Sequence record: ON568341.1
Strand: one strand, 5' to 3'
DNA from: Escherichia phage UE-S1
Length of the DNA stretch: 64,000 nt
In this document: positions 27,198 to 37,765 of the stretch, piece by piece
Layout: each line of letters begins with the position of its first letter
Numbering within the stretch: position 1 is the first letter of the stretch
Program-made: the position numbers and the translations under genes
The notes under the pieces: model-generated
What the model was told of the DNA's origin: nothing
Databases searched by the model: none
Seen by the model: only the letters and a program-made list of their open reading frames with translations

Positions 27198-27974
27198 ATG
27201 GCAAATAACATGATTAATAAATATGGGGTTCCTTTACCATCAGGGCGTAATAGATCTATGCTACAACCAAAAGCAAAATACAAGTTTCGTGTTATTGTAT
27301 ATAATTTCGGTACTGAAATAAATGAACGAGATCACATTGCACTTGATGTGGATAAAATAGATAGACCTACTGTCACATTTAGTACACATAAACTGTATCA
27401 ATTTACTACAAATACATCATATATTGGTAGTTATGATTGGGAACCAATCACATTATCGATCCGTGATTCGGTTGGTAACGCTTCTGCAAAAGCATTATCT
27501 AGACAGTTACAAAAACAACTTGACTTTCAGCGTAGAATAACATCAAGAAGAGTTCATGACTATGGTTCATATAAATTTGGATTAGTTATACAAATGCTTA
27601 GTGGACGTAACTCTGATGATACATTAGATAATTTGGGTAGAGATACATTAGTTGATGCATCCACCGCAGCAACAAATAATACTGGATTGGTTAATGCTGT
27701 CGATCAATTTATAGGTGGTTCGTCTTATAATAGTGCTGGTGTCATGGAATACTTTGTTTTAACGGGATGTGTTATACAAAACATAACATATGACTCTCTT
27801 GATTATAGTTCAAGTTCACCAGTTGAAATGGTAGTAACAATAAAACCAGATAACTGTATACAATTTGATAACATTGAAGAAATGTATAGTACCAGAATAA
27901 ATTCTCTTTTACCTGAAAATGTCAATCAAGGATTAGATATCATTGATCGTGTTTTTGGTAATGTTGGATTTTAA
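27198..27974 (+). CDS. putative tail tube protein, paralog 2
   Basis: MANNMINKYGVPLPSGRNRSMLQPKAKYKFRVIVYNFGT and internal RDSVGNASAKAL block shared with 26419..27105. Confidence 0.5.
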   Translation: MANNMINKYGVPLPSGRNRSMLQPKAKYKFRVIVYNFGTEINERDHIALDVDKIDRPTVTFSTHKLYQFTTNTSYIGSYDWEPITLSIRDSVGNASAKALSRQLQKQLDFQRRITSRRVHDYGSYKFGLVIQMLSGRNSDDTLDNLGRDTLVDASTAATNNTGLVNAVDQFIGGSSYNSAGVMEYFVLTGCVIQNITYDSLDYSSSSPVEMVVTIKPDNCIQFDNIEEMYSTRINSLLPENVNQGLDIIDRVFGNVGF

Positions 27975-27985
27975 GGAGATGATGG

Positions 27986-29080
27986 ATGAGTGATTTTTTT
28001 GATTCATTTGTCAGTACTGGCACAAGTATTGTAAATGGGGTTGTTGATAATATAGAAATAGTAAAAGACCCTGCATTCAAAAACTATAATGCTGCTCAAC
28101 GTGTTTTTGGAACAGCAGGTGAAATGGGTTTTTCATTTTATAATTTACCTAAATTTAAAAATAGTTTTATAATTGAATTTGTGTTAACTCCTTTTGCAAA
28201 AAACTTTATTAAAACTCAATTACCAGACACACATACTGGTTTTGACGTTAATAATGTATCATGTTTTGTTAAAGATGTTACATTACCAAGCTTTTCATTT
28301 AATATTGAAACAGTCAATCAATATAATAAAAAACGATTAGTTACTGGAGACATAGTTTATAAACCAAGTAATGTGGTTTTTTATGATACTGTTGATGGTG
28401 CTGGGTACTTATTATTGGATGCATATAGAAAGTTTTATTATGGTGATTTCTTTGATAAAAATCCCCAATCGTACCGTAATGATGTTCTAAGTACACCTGA
28501 TAACTTTAATGGTTTGGGGGGTAACTGGGGTCGTTCCGTTATGAACAACGGTAATTATGATAACCAATACTTTTTTAAATCAATTAATATATATGAAATT
28601 GATAATGAAACATACACAGTACATAATATGATAAACGTATTCATCGAAGATGTACAGTTAGAAACTAAATCTATGGAAAGTGAAGCAGAACCGTCTGTTA
28701 TTTCTTTAACTATGAGATACGAAGCATGTAACAACTTTGGACCTGATGGATATTTGAGTATTAGTGTACCTTCAATGGAGATTGCACATTTGATTACAAA
28801 CACAGAAGGACTTGGTGTTAGTGGTTTCTTCAAATATTTTGGTGAATTGGATGATAAAACAACAGGAATAGAGACAGTTGGCAAAATTATCCGAGCAGGT
28901 ACGTCAGTTAGTGATATAATCAGTAGTGTTGATGATATATTGCGTGGGGACACTACACCTGACACTATTAGAAACATCGGGGCGGCTGTAACCAGAGGTT
29001 CTAATGCTATTGGATTTGGTAGTGTTGTGTCTGAAGCAAGTTCTAAATTTGGACTTGGTAATATACTAGGAGATTTCTAA
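27986..29080 (+). CDS. hypothetical protein, likely tail-associated
   Basis: ORF track; RBS AAGGAG; position after tube genes. Confidence 0.45.
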   Translation: MSDFFDSFVSTGTSIVNGVVDNIEIVKDPAFKNYNAAQRVFGTAGEMGFSFYNLPKFKNSFIIEFVLTPFAKNFIKTQLPDTHTGFDVNNVSCFVKDVTLPSFSFNIETVNQYNKKRLVTGDIVYKPSNVVFYDTVDGAGYLLLDAYRKFYYGDFFDKNPQSYRNDVLSTPDNFNGLGGNWGRSVMNNGNYDNQYFFKSINIYEIDNETYTVHNMINVFIEDVQLETKSMESEAEPSVISLTMRYEACNNFGPDGYLSISVPSMEIAHLITNTEGLGVSGFFKYFGELDDKTTGIETVGKIIRAGTSVSDIISSVDDILRGDTTPDTIRNIGAAVTRGSNAIGFGSVVSEASSKFGLGNILGDF

Positions 29081-29152
29081 CACACATTTCGTGGAATATT
29101 GAAATGTTTAGAATTAAATATTGTTAAATTAATAAAATCAAAAGGTATATAA

Positions 29153-30163
<1,011 letters not shown>

Positions 30164-30192
30164 CTAAAACATCTATTTAATGGAGTTATTAA

Positions 30193-30729
30193 ATGAACAA
30201 GCTACAACAAATTCTAACACAAAATAAGCCTGTATATGAATATCGTGTCAAATTTGCATTTGAGCCTAGTGCTGAACAATTGAGTAAAGTAACGCAACGT
30301 CTTGTTGATCGTTATGATGCTTTTGAAGTTGGTGCGTTAAAGAAAACAATTTTTATGGAAAAACCACTAGATTTTTATGAACTTGATTGTGGTGAAATTT
30401 GGATGTTTGATTTTAAATGCAATCGTGGTGTACAGTCTAATGTACTAATGTATGAAATTGGAAACCTTCTATCTGTCACCGAAGCACTTATTCGTGTTCG
30501 TAATAAAGATGAACCTCGTCAAATTGAAATGACTGATTTGGAAGATGATATTGATTTTGATGATATCGATGAACCAATTATCGGGGTGGATTTTGGGAAA
30601 CCAGAAGACAGTTATGATTTAGCAGGACAAGAACGTGCTGATACAGCAGTTTCTGATGCAATTGATGCATTTAAAAAAGACAATAAATACTCTCAATATA
30701 TGAGTGCTGGTTTTGGTAAAAAGGATTAA
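30193..30729 (+). CDS. hypothetical protein
   Basis: ORF track; RBS GGAG. Confidence 0.5.
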   Translation: MNKLQQILTQNKPVYEYRVKFAFEPSAEQLSKVTQRLVDRYDAFEVGALKKTIFMEKPLDFYELDCGEIWMFDFKCNRGVQSNVLMYEIGNLLSVTEALIRVRNKDEPRQIEMTDLEDDIDFDDIDEPIIGVDFGKPEDSYDLAGQERADTAVSDAIDAFKKDNKYSQYMSAGFGKKD

Positions 30730-30732
30730 CAC

Positions 30733-31284
30733 ATGAGTATACTTAATGAAATGTTAGACTATGATGACAAAGAGTTAAACGAGGCTCGCCCATATAGTCG
30801 TTCACAAAGTGCTATTGATAGTGCTAAAGGTAAAGTGAAAGGTTTTTTTGGTAGTGGGCAAATTGAACAAGGTGCACAAGAAGTTGGTGCTGAAGCGAAC
30901 AAGTTGTGGGCTGAGTTTAAACGATATGTAGGCCGCAAATATGGAAAAGCACAGCCAACCGTACCTTATGCTGATGTTGCACAGTTTTTTAAAGGGAACA
31001 ATCTTGATATTAAATACTTGGGTAATAATACACGTCGTTCTTTTACACCAAAAGATGTAGGTACTGCTTTATTAAACGCTGCTCGTGATCTAATGAATGA
31101 CTATCGTGACCAACAAGGCGAGGAAGAACGTTCTGAACCACAACAGTCACAGCGTACTGCACCAGAACAGCAAGAACAGCCAGCACAACAAGAACAACCA
31201 AAAGCACAAGGTTCCAGTATCCCTGATGCTCTACAAAAATTAAGTCCAGAGCAACGCGACCAACTGTTACGTATGCTTTCTTAA
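30733..31284 (+). CDS. hypothetical protein with Gln/Glu-rich low-complexity C-terminal region
   Basis: ORF track; EQQEQPAQQEQPKAQ tract. Confidence 0.5.
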   Translation: MSILNEMLDYDDKELNEARPYSRSQSAIDSAKGKVKGFFGSGQIEQGAQEVGAEANKLWAEFKRYVGRKYGKAQPTVPYADVAQFFKGNNLDIKYLGNNTRRSFTPKDVGTALLNAARDLMNDYRDQQGEEERSEPQQSQRTAPEQQEQPAQQEQPKAQGSSIPDALQKLSPEQRDQLLRMLS

Positions 31285-31297
31285 GGAGAATCAACGC

Positions 31298-32803
31298 ATG
31301 GATAATTTTTTCAGTACTGAAACTGTCACCGTTCCTAATGGTTATGTATATACGTCACATACTGGTGCAAAATATGTATTTCTTGAAGGATTCTGGTTTA
31401 ATGACAGCAACATGTTAATGGTAGACCCTAGAAAATACCCATCCATGTACGCAAGTGCTCGTCAACAAATTGTCGAGCATAATCTAGCCTCAAATGAATA
31501 TAAGATTGGTAAAAAATATATTGTTGAAGGTAAAGAGTGTACATTTATTGGTGAAAACCGTTTCAAAACAAAAGATGGAATTCTGCTGTCTGAAAGTGAA
31601 ATCATCACAGAATTAATGGCAGATGATCATCGTGTATATAACGTTTCAAAAGAAACACTCCAAAAAGAATGGAATGCATTAAAATTTTACATTCTTCCTC
31701 CCTATGCTGATGATATATCAATTCCAGCAGGTATGGAAATTAGTGGTTTTAAGTTTGTTCCAAAGAATCACCGTTTTGTCGATATGAAATCAGGCAGACC
31801 AGTTGATCCAGCAATGACCCGCAAGCTATCCGATGAAGGCATACGTATTGCTCGTCAGTTAGCTTCAAAAAACAAACTAATTCCAATCAAATCAACTTTA
31901 GTTCAAGGTAATACACGTTGTGAGTGGAATGGTAAAGACTTTTGCGATAACGATGGTAATGTGGTAATTCCAGAACAAAATGCACATGCAATTATTAAGG
32001 CATATCAGCAATTTGTTAATGATAACCCAAGTGATTTTCCTACATTGACGGGCGAACAAGACCACAGTGAACAACGTTTTGGTTCAGGTGAAAAGCCACA
32101 ACAATCAACACAACCTGTTAAACAGCCTGTATTTGCAACCAAAGAATCAATCAATGAAGCAGACGAAGAAATTGAAGAATTTGAAAGTATTACAGTACCT
32201 GATGGTTATAGAATGACTTCTTCTAAAGGAAAAACATACACTAAGAAAAACAACTTGTGGTATGATATTGACAGCAAAAAGCAACTTAACACTAGTGCTT
32301 CTAAAAGTGTTGAAAGAGCAGCCCAACGTGATATTTTCCGTCATAACAACTCTGGTGCTATGAAAATTGGAACAAAAGTTAAATCCAAACAAGGTAAAGA
32401 ATATTCTTATGTTGGTGGTGACCGATTCATTAGTGCTGATGGTAAATTTATTCCGAAAGCAACCGCAGCTAAATTACTTGCTAAGTACAATGACGAGAAA
32501 GAAGATGTAAAACCAGATAATTCTAGTACTGATCAAATTCAATCAAAAGAAGAACCTAGGAAAGAACCAGAATCTGAACAAAAACCAGACGAAGTTTCTG
32601 GTTCAGAAACTAAATCTGAAACAATTGCTGGTGATGACGTACAATCATTAGCTTCTAAAATCAAAGAGTCACCTTATGCTAAAAAAATCACAGTTCTTTT
32701 AACTCGTGGTGATGAGGTTTCTCTACTTGCTGCTGATATTCTACTTTCAGGCAAAAAGGATGAAACAGTGCAAATTTTAAAATCATTAAATAATAATGAT
32801 TGA
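31298..32803 (+). CDS. hypothetical protein with internally duplicated ~95 aa module
   Basis: TVPNGYVYTSHTGAKY...KIGKKYIVEGKE...DGIL near the N-terminus repeats as TVPDGYRMTSSKGKTY...KIGTKVKSKQGKE...DGKF near residue 300. Confidence 0.5.
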   Translation: MDNFFSTETVTVPNGYVYTSHTGAKYVFLEGFWFNDSNMLMVDPRKYPSMYASARQQIVEHNLASNEYKIGKKYIVEGKECTFIGENRFKTKDGILLSESEIITELMADDHRVYNVSKETLQKEWNALKFYILPPYADDISIPAGMEISGFKFVPKNHRFVDMKSGRPVDPAMTRKLSDEGIRIARQLASKNKLIPIKSTLVQGNTRCEWNGKDFCDNDGNVVIPEQNAHAIIKAYQQFVNDNPSDFPTLTGEQDHSEQRFGSGEKPQQSTQPVKQPVFATKESINEADEEIEEFESITVPDGYRMTSSKGKTYTKKNNLWYDIDSKKQLNTSASKSVERAAQRDIFRHNNSGAMKIGTKVKSKQGKEYSYVGGDRFISADGKFIPKATAAKLLAKYNDEKEDVKPDNSSTDQIQSKEEPRKEPESEQKPDEVSGSETKSETIAGDDVQSLASKIKESPYAKKITVLLTRGDEVSLLAADILLSGKKDETVQILKSLNNND

Positions 32804-32825
32804 TAACTAAAAGGATTTATTTAAA

Positions 32826-33806
32826 ATGGCTAAAAAAATTAATGAAGCACAAGTTAAAATCGATATCGCAGGTTTAGAATCTGATGATTTGGAAACACTA
32901 TCCCGTATGTTAGCTCTTGCTGGTCAAGCTGAACGTCAAGACCCTGTGGTTGCTGCTCCAGTATCATCTATTGGGTCTATGGCTCCATCTCTACCACCTA
33001 TTGCACCACTAGATCTTGATTCTATTAGTGCCGAAAAAGAAATTGGTGGAATTGAAACTTCAGTTGAAGATCCATTGGCAGCAGCAGTTGATGGTCTTTC
33101 CGCTGATGATGGTGATTTTGGTGCTGACACCGATGAAGTTGGTATTGATGCTGAATTTTCAGAACCAGGCGTAGAAGGTGAAGAAGATTTTTCTCTTGAC
33201 CTTAGTGGTCAACCTCAACTAGAATCAGTTGAAGAAGACGACGATGAGGAAGAAGAAATCATCGAAGAAGAATTCGATTTTAGTCGTATGCTATCTCTTG
33301 CTGGTATTAACGAAGAAGAAGACGACGATTTTTCCGTAGAGGGTAATACTGCTACTGATAGAGAAATGAAAGATACTCAATTTCTACCAGATCTAAGTAT
33401 CTCTGAAGATGAAGAACCATCTGACAGTACTGATTATGGTCCATATAATACTGAAGCTGATGCAGTTCGTGATGGTCAACTTAAGACTAATGGTGTTGAA
33501 GGTGATCATTTTGTTGTAATTGCGAAAGGGAACCAGTTTTATTGGAGACGTGTTGTAGATGAAGATGTTGACAATCGTCCAGAACCAGAGTATTATGACA
33601 ATGAAGGAAACGAAAATCGCGTTCATAAATTTGAACCAAAATCTCCAGGTACTGCATTAGGAGATAACCCACTCAATGTTAATGAAAGTGAAGAAGATGA
33701 TTCACCAGAAGGTAACACTGACTTGGAAGATGACTCTGATGAAGAAGTAGAAGATATTTTCGAAAGTCTCCAAGAAAAATATAAAAAATTTTTAGGAGAC
33801 AAATAA
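32826..33806 (+). CDS. highly acidic hypothetical protein with repeated SRML-x-LAG motif
   Basis: Long Asp/Glu runs (EEDDDEEEEIIEEEFD); LSRMLALAGQ and FSRMLSLAGI repeats. Confidence 0.5.
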   Translation: MAKKINEAQVKIDIAGLESDDLETLSRMLALAGQAERQDPVVAAPVSSIGSMAPSLPPIAPLDLDSISAEKEIGGIETSVEDPLAAAVDGLSADDGDFGADTDEVGIDAEFSEPGVEGEEDFSLDLSGQPQLESVEEDDDEEEEIIEEEFDFSRMLSLAGINEEEDDDFSVEGNTATDREMKDTQFLPDLSISEDEEPSDSTDYGPYNTEADAVRDGQLKTNGVEGDHFVVIAKGNQFYWRRVVDEDVDNRPEPEYYDNEGNENRVHKFEPKSPGTALGDNPLNVNESEEDDSPEGNTDLEDDSDEEVEDIFESLQEKYKKFLGDK

Positions 33807-33807
33807 T

Positions 33808-34203
33808 ATGCAATATAATTATCGTGAACTAGTTGAAGCGTTGGACGAAATCACCGGACGAGATGAAGAAGGAAGTTTTTCCGTTGAAGTTGATTCCGAT
33901 GTTGTAGCAATTGATGTTCTTAAAGATATTACCAAATGTCTCGTTGATATTGTTGATAAGATTAAATCTGGTGAAGATCAAAAAGAAATCGTTGATAAAC
34001 TACAAAAAGCATGTGACATTTTGTCTGACATTCGATATAATGATGAAAGTACTGAAGTCGATGATGATGAAGTGATGGAAGCTATTGCTGGATGTTTTGG
34101 AACTGAAGGTATGGGTCCAACGATTGACAAAGATGGCGTACAGCACTATAATGAACCAGATGCACCATCTTATGCTGCACGCCAAGGTTATGTTGGAGAC
34201 TAA
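33808..34203 (+). CDS. acidic hypothetical protein
   Basis: ORF track; RBS GGAGA. Confidence 0.5.
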   Translation: MQYNYRELVEALDEITGRDEEGSFSVEVDSDVVAIDVLKDITKCLVDIVDKIKSGEDQKEIVDKLQKACDILSDIRYNDESTEVDDDEVMEAIAGCFGTEGMGPTIDKDGVQHYNEPDAPSYAARQGYVGD

Positions 34204-34208
34204 AATAT

Positions 34209-34589
34209 ATGTTTCCTGTACCATCACATAACAGTACTGAATATCAAAATGATGTACTTTCCAAAGTTAGGGAAGTACATGAATCAGATTCAGAAATAAC
34301 AGACCGTATGCTTCTGATGTCAATTTTTGAAAATTTCAGAACTGGCGGTGGTTTACGTCTTAGCAAGTTTGGGTATGGAATTTGTAAAGAAAATAATCTT
34401 TATGAATTTACAAAAATCCCCTTGCAAAGAGAATTTAAAAGTTCTATAATGTTTACATCACTTGACAGAATATGTACTTCACCTTATTATGTTGAAGGTC
34501 AGTACATATATCTGACAGATGCAATGATAATAACTGAATTAACATTGTGTTGTGATGATTTTAAACAATTATTTTCTATTCATATGTAA
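34209..34589 (+). CDS. hypothetical protein
   Basis: ORF track; RBS GGAGA. Confidence 0.45.
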   Translation: MFPVPSHNSTEYQNDVLSKVREVHESDSEITDRMLLMSIFENFRTGGGLRLSKFGYGICKENNLYEFTKIPLQREFKSSIMFTSLDRICTSPYYVEGQYIYLTDAMIITELTLCCDDFKQLFSIHM

Positions 34590-34601
34590 GAAAAATAAAT
34601 G

Positions 34602-34629
34602 TTGACAAGATAGAATGATGTGATATAAT
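34602..34629 (+). promoter_or_regulatory. sigma70-like promoter P1 (TTGACA, 16 nt, TGaTATAAT)
   Basis: Read directly; nearly identical element repeats 93 bp downstream. Confidence 0.5.
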
Positions 34630-34694
34630 AAGCATCAGACATAAAGTTTTCAAGCGGCACAAGATGTGAGTTTGAAAAAAATAAAAAAAAGTGA

Positions 34695-34722
34695 TTGACA
34701 AGTTGAAACGATGTGATATAAT
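34695..34722 (+). promoter_or_regulatory. sigma70-like promoter P2 (TTGACA, 16 nt, TGaTATAAT)
   Basis: Near-duplicate of P1, including the ATGTGATATAAT block. Confidence 0.5.
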
Positions 34723-34822
34723 GTTCACATCAAGGCAGCAAAGAGATTTACCTTTTTAAACACACGGATGATTCATGAAGTAATAAAGGAACTGATAAGT
34801 TAAATTATTTTAACACAGTTCC

Positions 34823-34851
34823 TTTACTTTTGCCCACGGATTGGCTATAAT
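34823..34851 (+). promoter_or_regulatory. possible third promoter (TTTACT, 17 nt, TATAAT)
   Basis: Read directly; 42 nt upstream of the MoxR-like ATG. Confidence 0.3.
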
Positions 34852-34892
34852 AGAAACTTAAACGATTTTATCCAACAAAAGGAAATATATAC

Positions 34893-36218
34893 ATGACTAC
34901 TCAAAACGATATCCTGAATGTTAAACTGACTCCAAAGAAAGCTAAAGAAGCAATGGCACTAGCTGACATGATTCAAGATAGCCTGATGATTTGGGGTAGC
35001 CCAGGTATCGGTAAGTCTGCAATTGCTCGTCAATACGCTGATGAAAATTACCCTCTGCGTAAAGATAACGAAGCTAAAATCGAGTTCATGAAACAACAAA
35101 TTGAAGCTGACCCTGAAAATGCTGATCAGCTACGCCGTGAACTGGCTGCATTTGAAGCTAAACTAATCGACCAAGATACTAACTTCATCGATTTCCGTTT
35201 GTCTCAAATTGAACCAAGTGACCTCCGTGGTATCCCTGTACCAGAGAAGCTTTTCCGTAAAACTGACGGTTCTCTTCTCAAAGAATCTGAGCTTGCTGAA
35301 GCAAAAGATTATGTTGCTGAAACTGCTGTAGTTTGGGCTGCACCTAAAGTGCTGAAATTGCCAGAAGATTGGAAAGGGGTTATTCTGTTTGACGAAATTA
35401 ACTCTGCAATGCCAATTGTTCAGGCAGCGTCTTATCAGCTAATCCTCGACCGTTGTGTTGGTGAGATGAAGCTACCTAAAACTGCACTGATTCTTGCAGC
35501 AGGTAACCGTGAAACTGATGGCGGTGTAACGTTCTCACTGGCTACACCACTACGTGACCGTATGACACACATTGAGATGATTCCTTATCATCAAGATTGG
35601 ATTAACGATTATGCAATTGGTAAACGTTTGAACCCAGCAACTGTTGCGTTCATCAACAACACAGGTTCTAAGTACTTTAACACTCTTAGCCCACAAGATC
35701 CTTCTCACAGTGGTGGTACTTCTCCACGTTCATGGGAAGCTGTAGCACGCTACGAAGATCTCAAGAAAACTAAGACAATTGATAAAGAAGTGTTCCGTGC
35801 AATGATTGCTGGGCGTGTAGGTGAAGGTGTAGCAACTGAATACATTGAGTACGTTGATAACGTTGCTAAACTACCAGATACTATGTCTATTCTGTCTGGT
35901 GAAATCAAAGATATCGATGCAACTCTTGATATTTCTGCGAATTATTTTATTACTTTGAACTTGGTTTATAAAATTATCGACCTGTTCAATGAGAAGCAAG
36001 AACAACGTCTACCAGTGGAAGAATGGGGTAAACTGTGCAACAACTTCATTACCTTCCTTGACCATAACTTCTCTGCAACTCAAGCAGAACTGGCAGTTCT
36101 GGCAATTCGCACCATTACGCTTCATAAGGTTGCGATTTCCATTAAAGATGTACCAGCGTTTAAAGATTTTATCGCTAAGTACTCTGAACTAGTTCGTAAA
36201 GCACGCTCTCTTGGGTAA
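34893..36218 (+). CDS. MoxR-like AAA+ ATPase (AAA_5/CbbQ/CobS-like)
   Basis: Walker A WGSPGIGKSAIARQYA, Walker B VILFDEINSA, downstream AAGNRE; 441 aa single-AAA architecture. Confidence 0.7.
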   Translation: MTTQNDILNVKLTPKKAKEAMALADMIQDSLMIWGSPGIGKSAIARQYADENYPLRKDNEAKIEFMKQQIEADPENADQLRRELAAFEAKLIDQDTNFIDFRLSQIEPSDLRGIPVPEKLFRKTDGSLLKESELAEAKDYVAETAVVWAAPKVLKLPEDWKGVILFDEINSAMPIVQAASYQLILDRCVGEMKLPKTALILAAGNRETDGGVTFSLATPLRDRMTHIEMIPYHQDWINDYAIGKRLNPATVAFINNTGSKYFNTLSPQDPSHSGGTSPRSWEAVARYEDLKKTKTIDKEVFRAMIAGRVGEGVATEYIEYVDNVAKLPDTMSILSGEIKDIDATLDISANYFITLNLVYKIIDLFNEKQEQRLPVEEWGKLCNNFITFLDHNFSATQAELAVLAIRTITLHKVAISIKDVPAFKDFIAKYSELVRKARSLG

Positions 36219-36239
36219 TTAACAAAGAGTGGTTGACAA

Positions 36240-36268
36240 GAAGGATACGATATAGTATCCTTCTTTTA
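36240..36268 (+). terminator. hairpin plus T-run (weak terminator or attenuator between the two module genes)
   Basis: GAAGGATAC gatata GTATCCTTC followed by TTTTATC. Confidence 0.45.
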
Positions 36269-36292
36269 TCTTAACTAAACGAGGAAATATAC

Positions 36293-37717
36293 ATGTCGGA
36301 TAACAAATCTTCATCTAAGTTTAATGAAGTATCACCAGAACTCCAAAAGGAATGTCAAGATCGATTGGTTCTGGCTCGTACATCTTTGATGTTAACTGCT
36401 CCGTTCTTTGGTGTTTTGGCTTCGCGTTTACGTCCTGTTCCTAATAATACATGGTGTCGTACACTAGCAGTTGATGGGAAACATTTATTCTACAATGTAG
36501 AATTTGTTATGGGCATCCAAGATCAATCTAAAAAGAAAGAGTACGAAGATGCTATTCGTGAAAAACACCCAGAGGTTACTGATGAACAATTAAAAGAAAT
36601 GACAGAAGGTCTGACAGATGAAAACCTCATTGCAGTGATTTGTCATGAAATTTTGCATTGTGCTTACGACCACTTCCTTCGTCGTGGAATGCGTGATCCA
36701 CAACGATACAATCGTGCAGCAGATTATGCAATTAACCAAATTATTGTCCGTGAGAAAATTGGAAAAATCCAAAGCTCATGGTTATATGATAAAAAATATG
36801 AAGGAATGACCGCTGAAGAGATTTATATTCTTCTGGAAGATGAAGAACAAAAAGAAGAAGGTGAAGGGAACGGTCAACCACAAAGCGGTGGTGGTGAAGG
36901 TGAAGGTAAAAATCGCGGAACTTTTGGTGATATCAAAGATGGTAAGGGTAAACCAAAAGGTACAACAATTGACCAACATGACGTTCCACAAGAAGGCCAA
37001 GACGGTGGTTCAAGTGAACAGCAAAAACGCGATTATATGGATGATTTCAAAACAGCAATGATGAATGCTGCACGTGCTGGTGGCACACCAGCAGAAATCG
37101 CTCGTATGATTAATAACTTCAAAGAACCAAAGATTGATTGGCGTTCTAAACTTCAACGCACTCTTCGTAGCTGGTTGAAGTCTGATGCAACTTATCAAAA
37201 TCCAGCACGTCGTTCATGGGGTGCAGGTTTTGGTTCTAATGGTTCATTTTATGGTAATCCAATTTATCCAGGGATGAAACCAGATGATGATATTGATATT
37301 GCAATTGCACTCGATGCTTCTGGTTCTATTTCCGAAGACATGCTTCGTGATTTTATTAGTGAAGTTCTTGGTATCACTAAACAATTTAAACAGTTTAAAA
37401 TTCGTATCATGACATTTGATACTGAAGTTTATACTGTAAAAGATTACAAAACTGGTGAAGAACGTAAGATTCTGGAATATCCAGTAAAAGGTGGTGGTGG
37501 TACTGACTTTGAAGCAGTATGGGTTCATATGAAGAATGACAACTATAAGCCTAAACAGCTTGTAATGTTTACTGATGGTGAACCGTGGCAGTCATGGGGT
37601 GATCCTAACTACTGTAAAACACTGTTTGTGATTCACAGTAACCCAAATAAAGTTGCACCATTTGGTGAAACAGTACACTACGAGTATGAAGCAGACAAAA
37701 AACGTCAACGTAGTTAA
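36293..37717 (+). CDS. VWA-domain protein with N-terminal HExxH metallopeptidase-like motif (DUF2201-like partner of MoxR ATPases)
   Basis: HEILHCAYDH zinc-binding-like motif; Gly-rich acidic linker; C-terminal MIDAS-like DASGS followed by FTDGEPW. Confidence 0.65.
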   Translation: MSDNKSSSKFNEVSPELQKECQDRLVLARTSLMLTAPFFGVLASRLRPVPNNTWCRTLAVDGKHLFYNVEFVMGIQDQSKKKEYEDAIREKHPEVTDEQLKEMTEGLTDENLIAVICHEILHCAYDHFLRRGMRDPQRYNRAADYAINQIIVREKIGKIQSSWLYDKKYEGMTAEEIYILLEDEEQKEEGEGNGQPQSGGGEGEGKNRGTFGDIKDGKGKPKGTTIDQHDVPQEGQDGGSSEQQKRDYMDDFKTAMMNAARAGGTPAEIARMINNFKEPKIDWRSKLQRTLRSWLKSDATYQNPARRSWGAGFGSNGSFYGNPIYPGMKPDDDIDIAIALDASGSISEDMLRDFISEVLGITKQFKQFKIRIMTFDTEVYTVKDYKTGEERKILEYPVKGGGGTDFEAVWVHMKNDNYKPKQLVMFTDGEPWQSWGDPNYCKTLFVIHSNPNKVAPFGETVHYEYEADKKRQRS

Positions 37718-37729
37718 GTACTAAATAAT

Positions 37730-37759
37730 GAGAACGGAAATTTTCCGTTCTCTTCTTTT
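37730..37759 (+). terminator. intrinsic terminator
   Basis: GAGAACGGAAA / TTTTCCGTTCTC hairpin followed by TTCTTTT. Confidence 0.6.
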
Positions 37760-37765
37760 ATAAGT

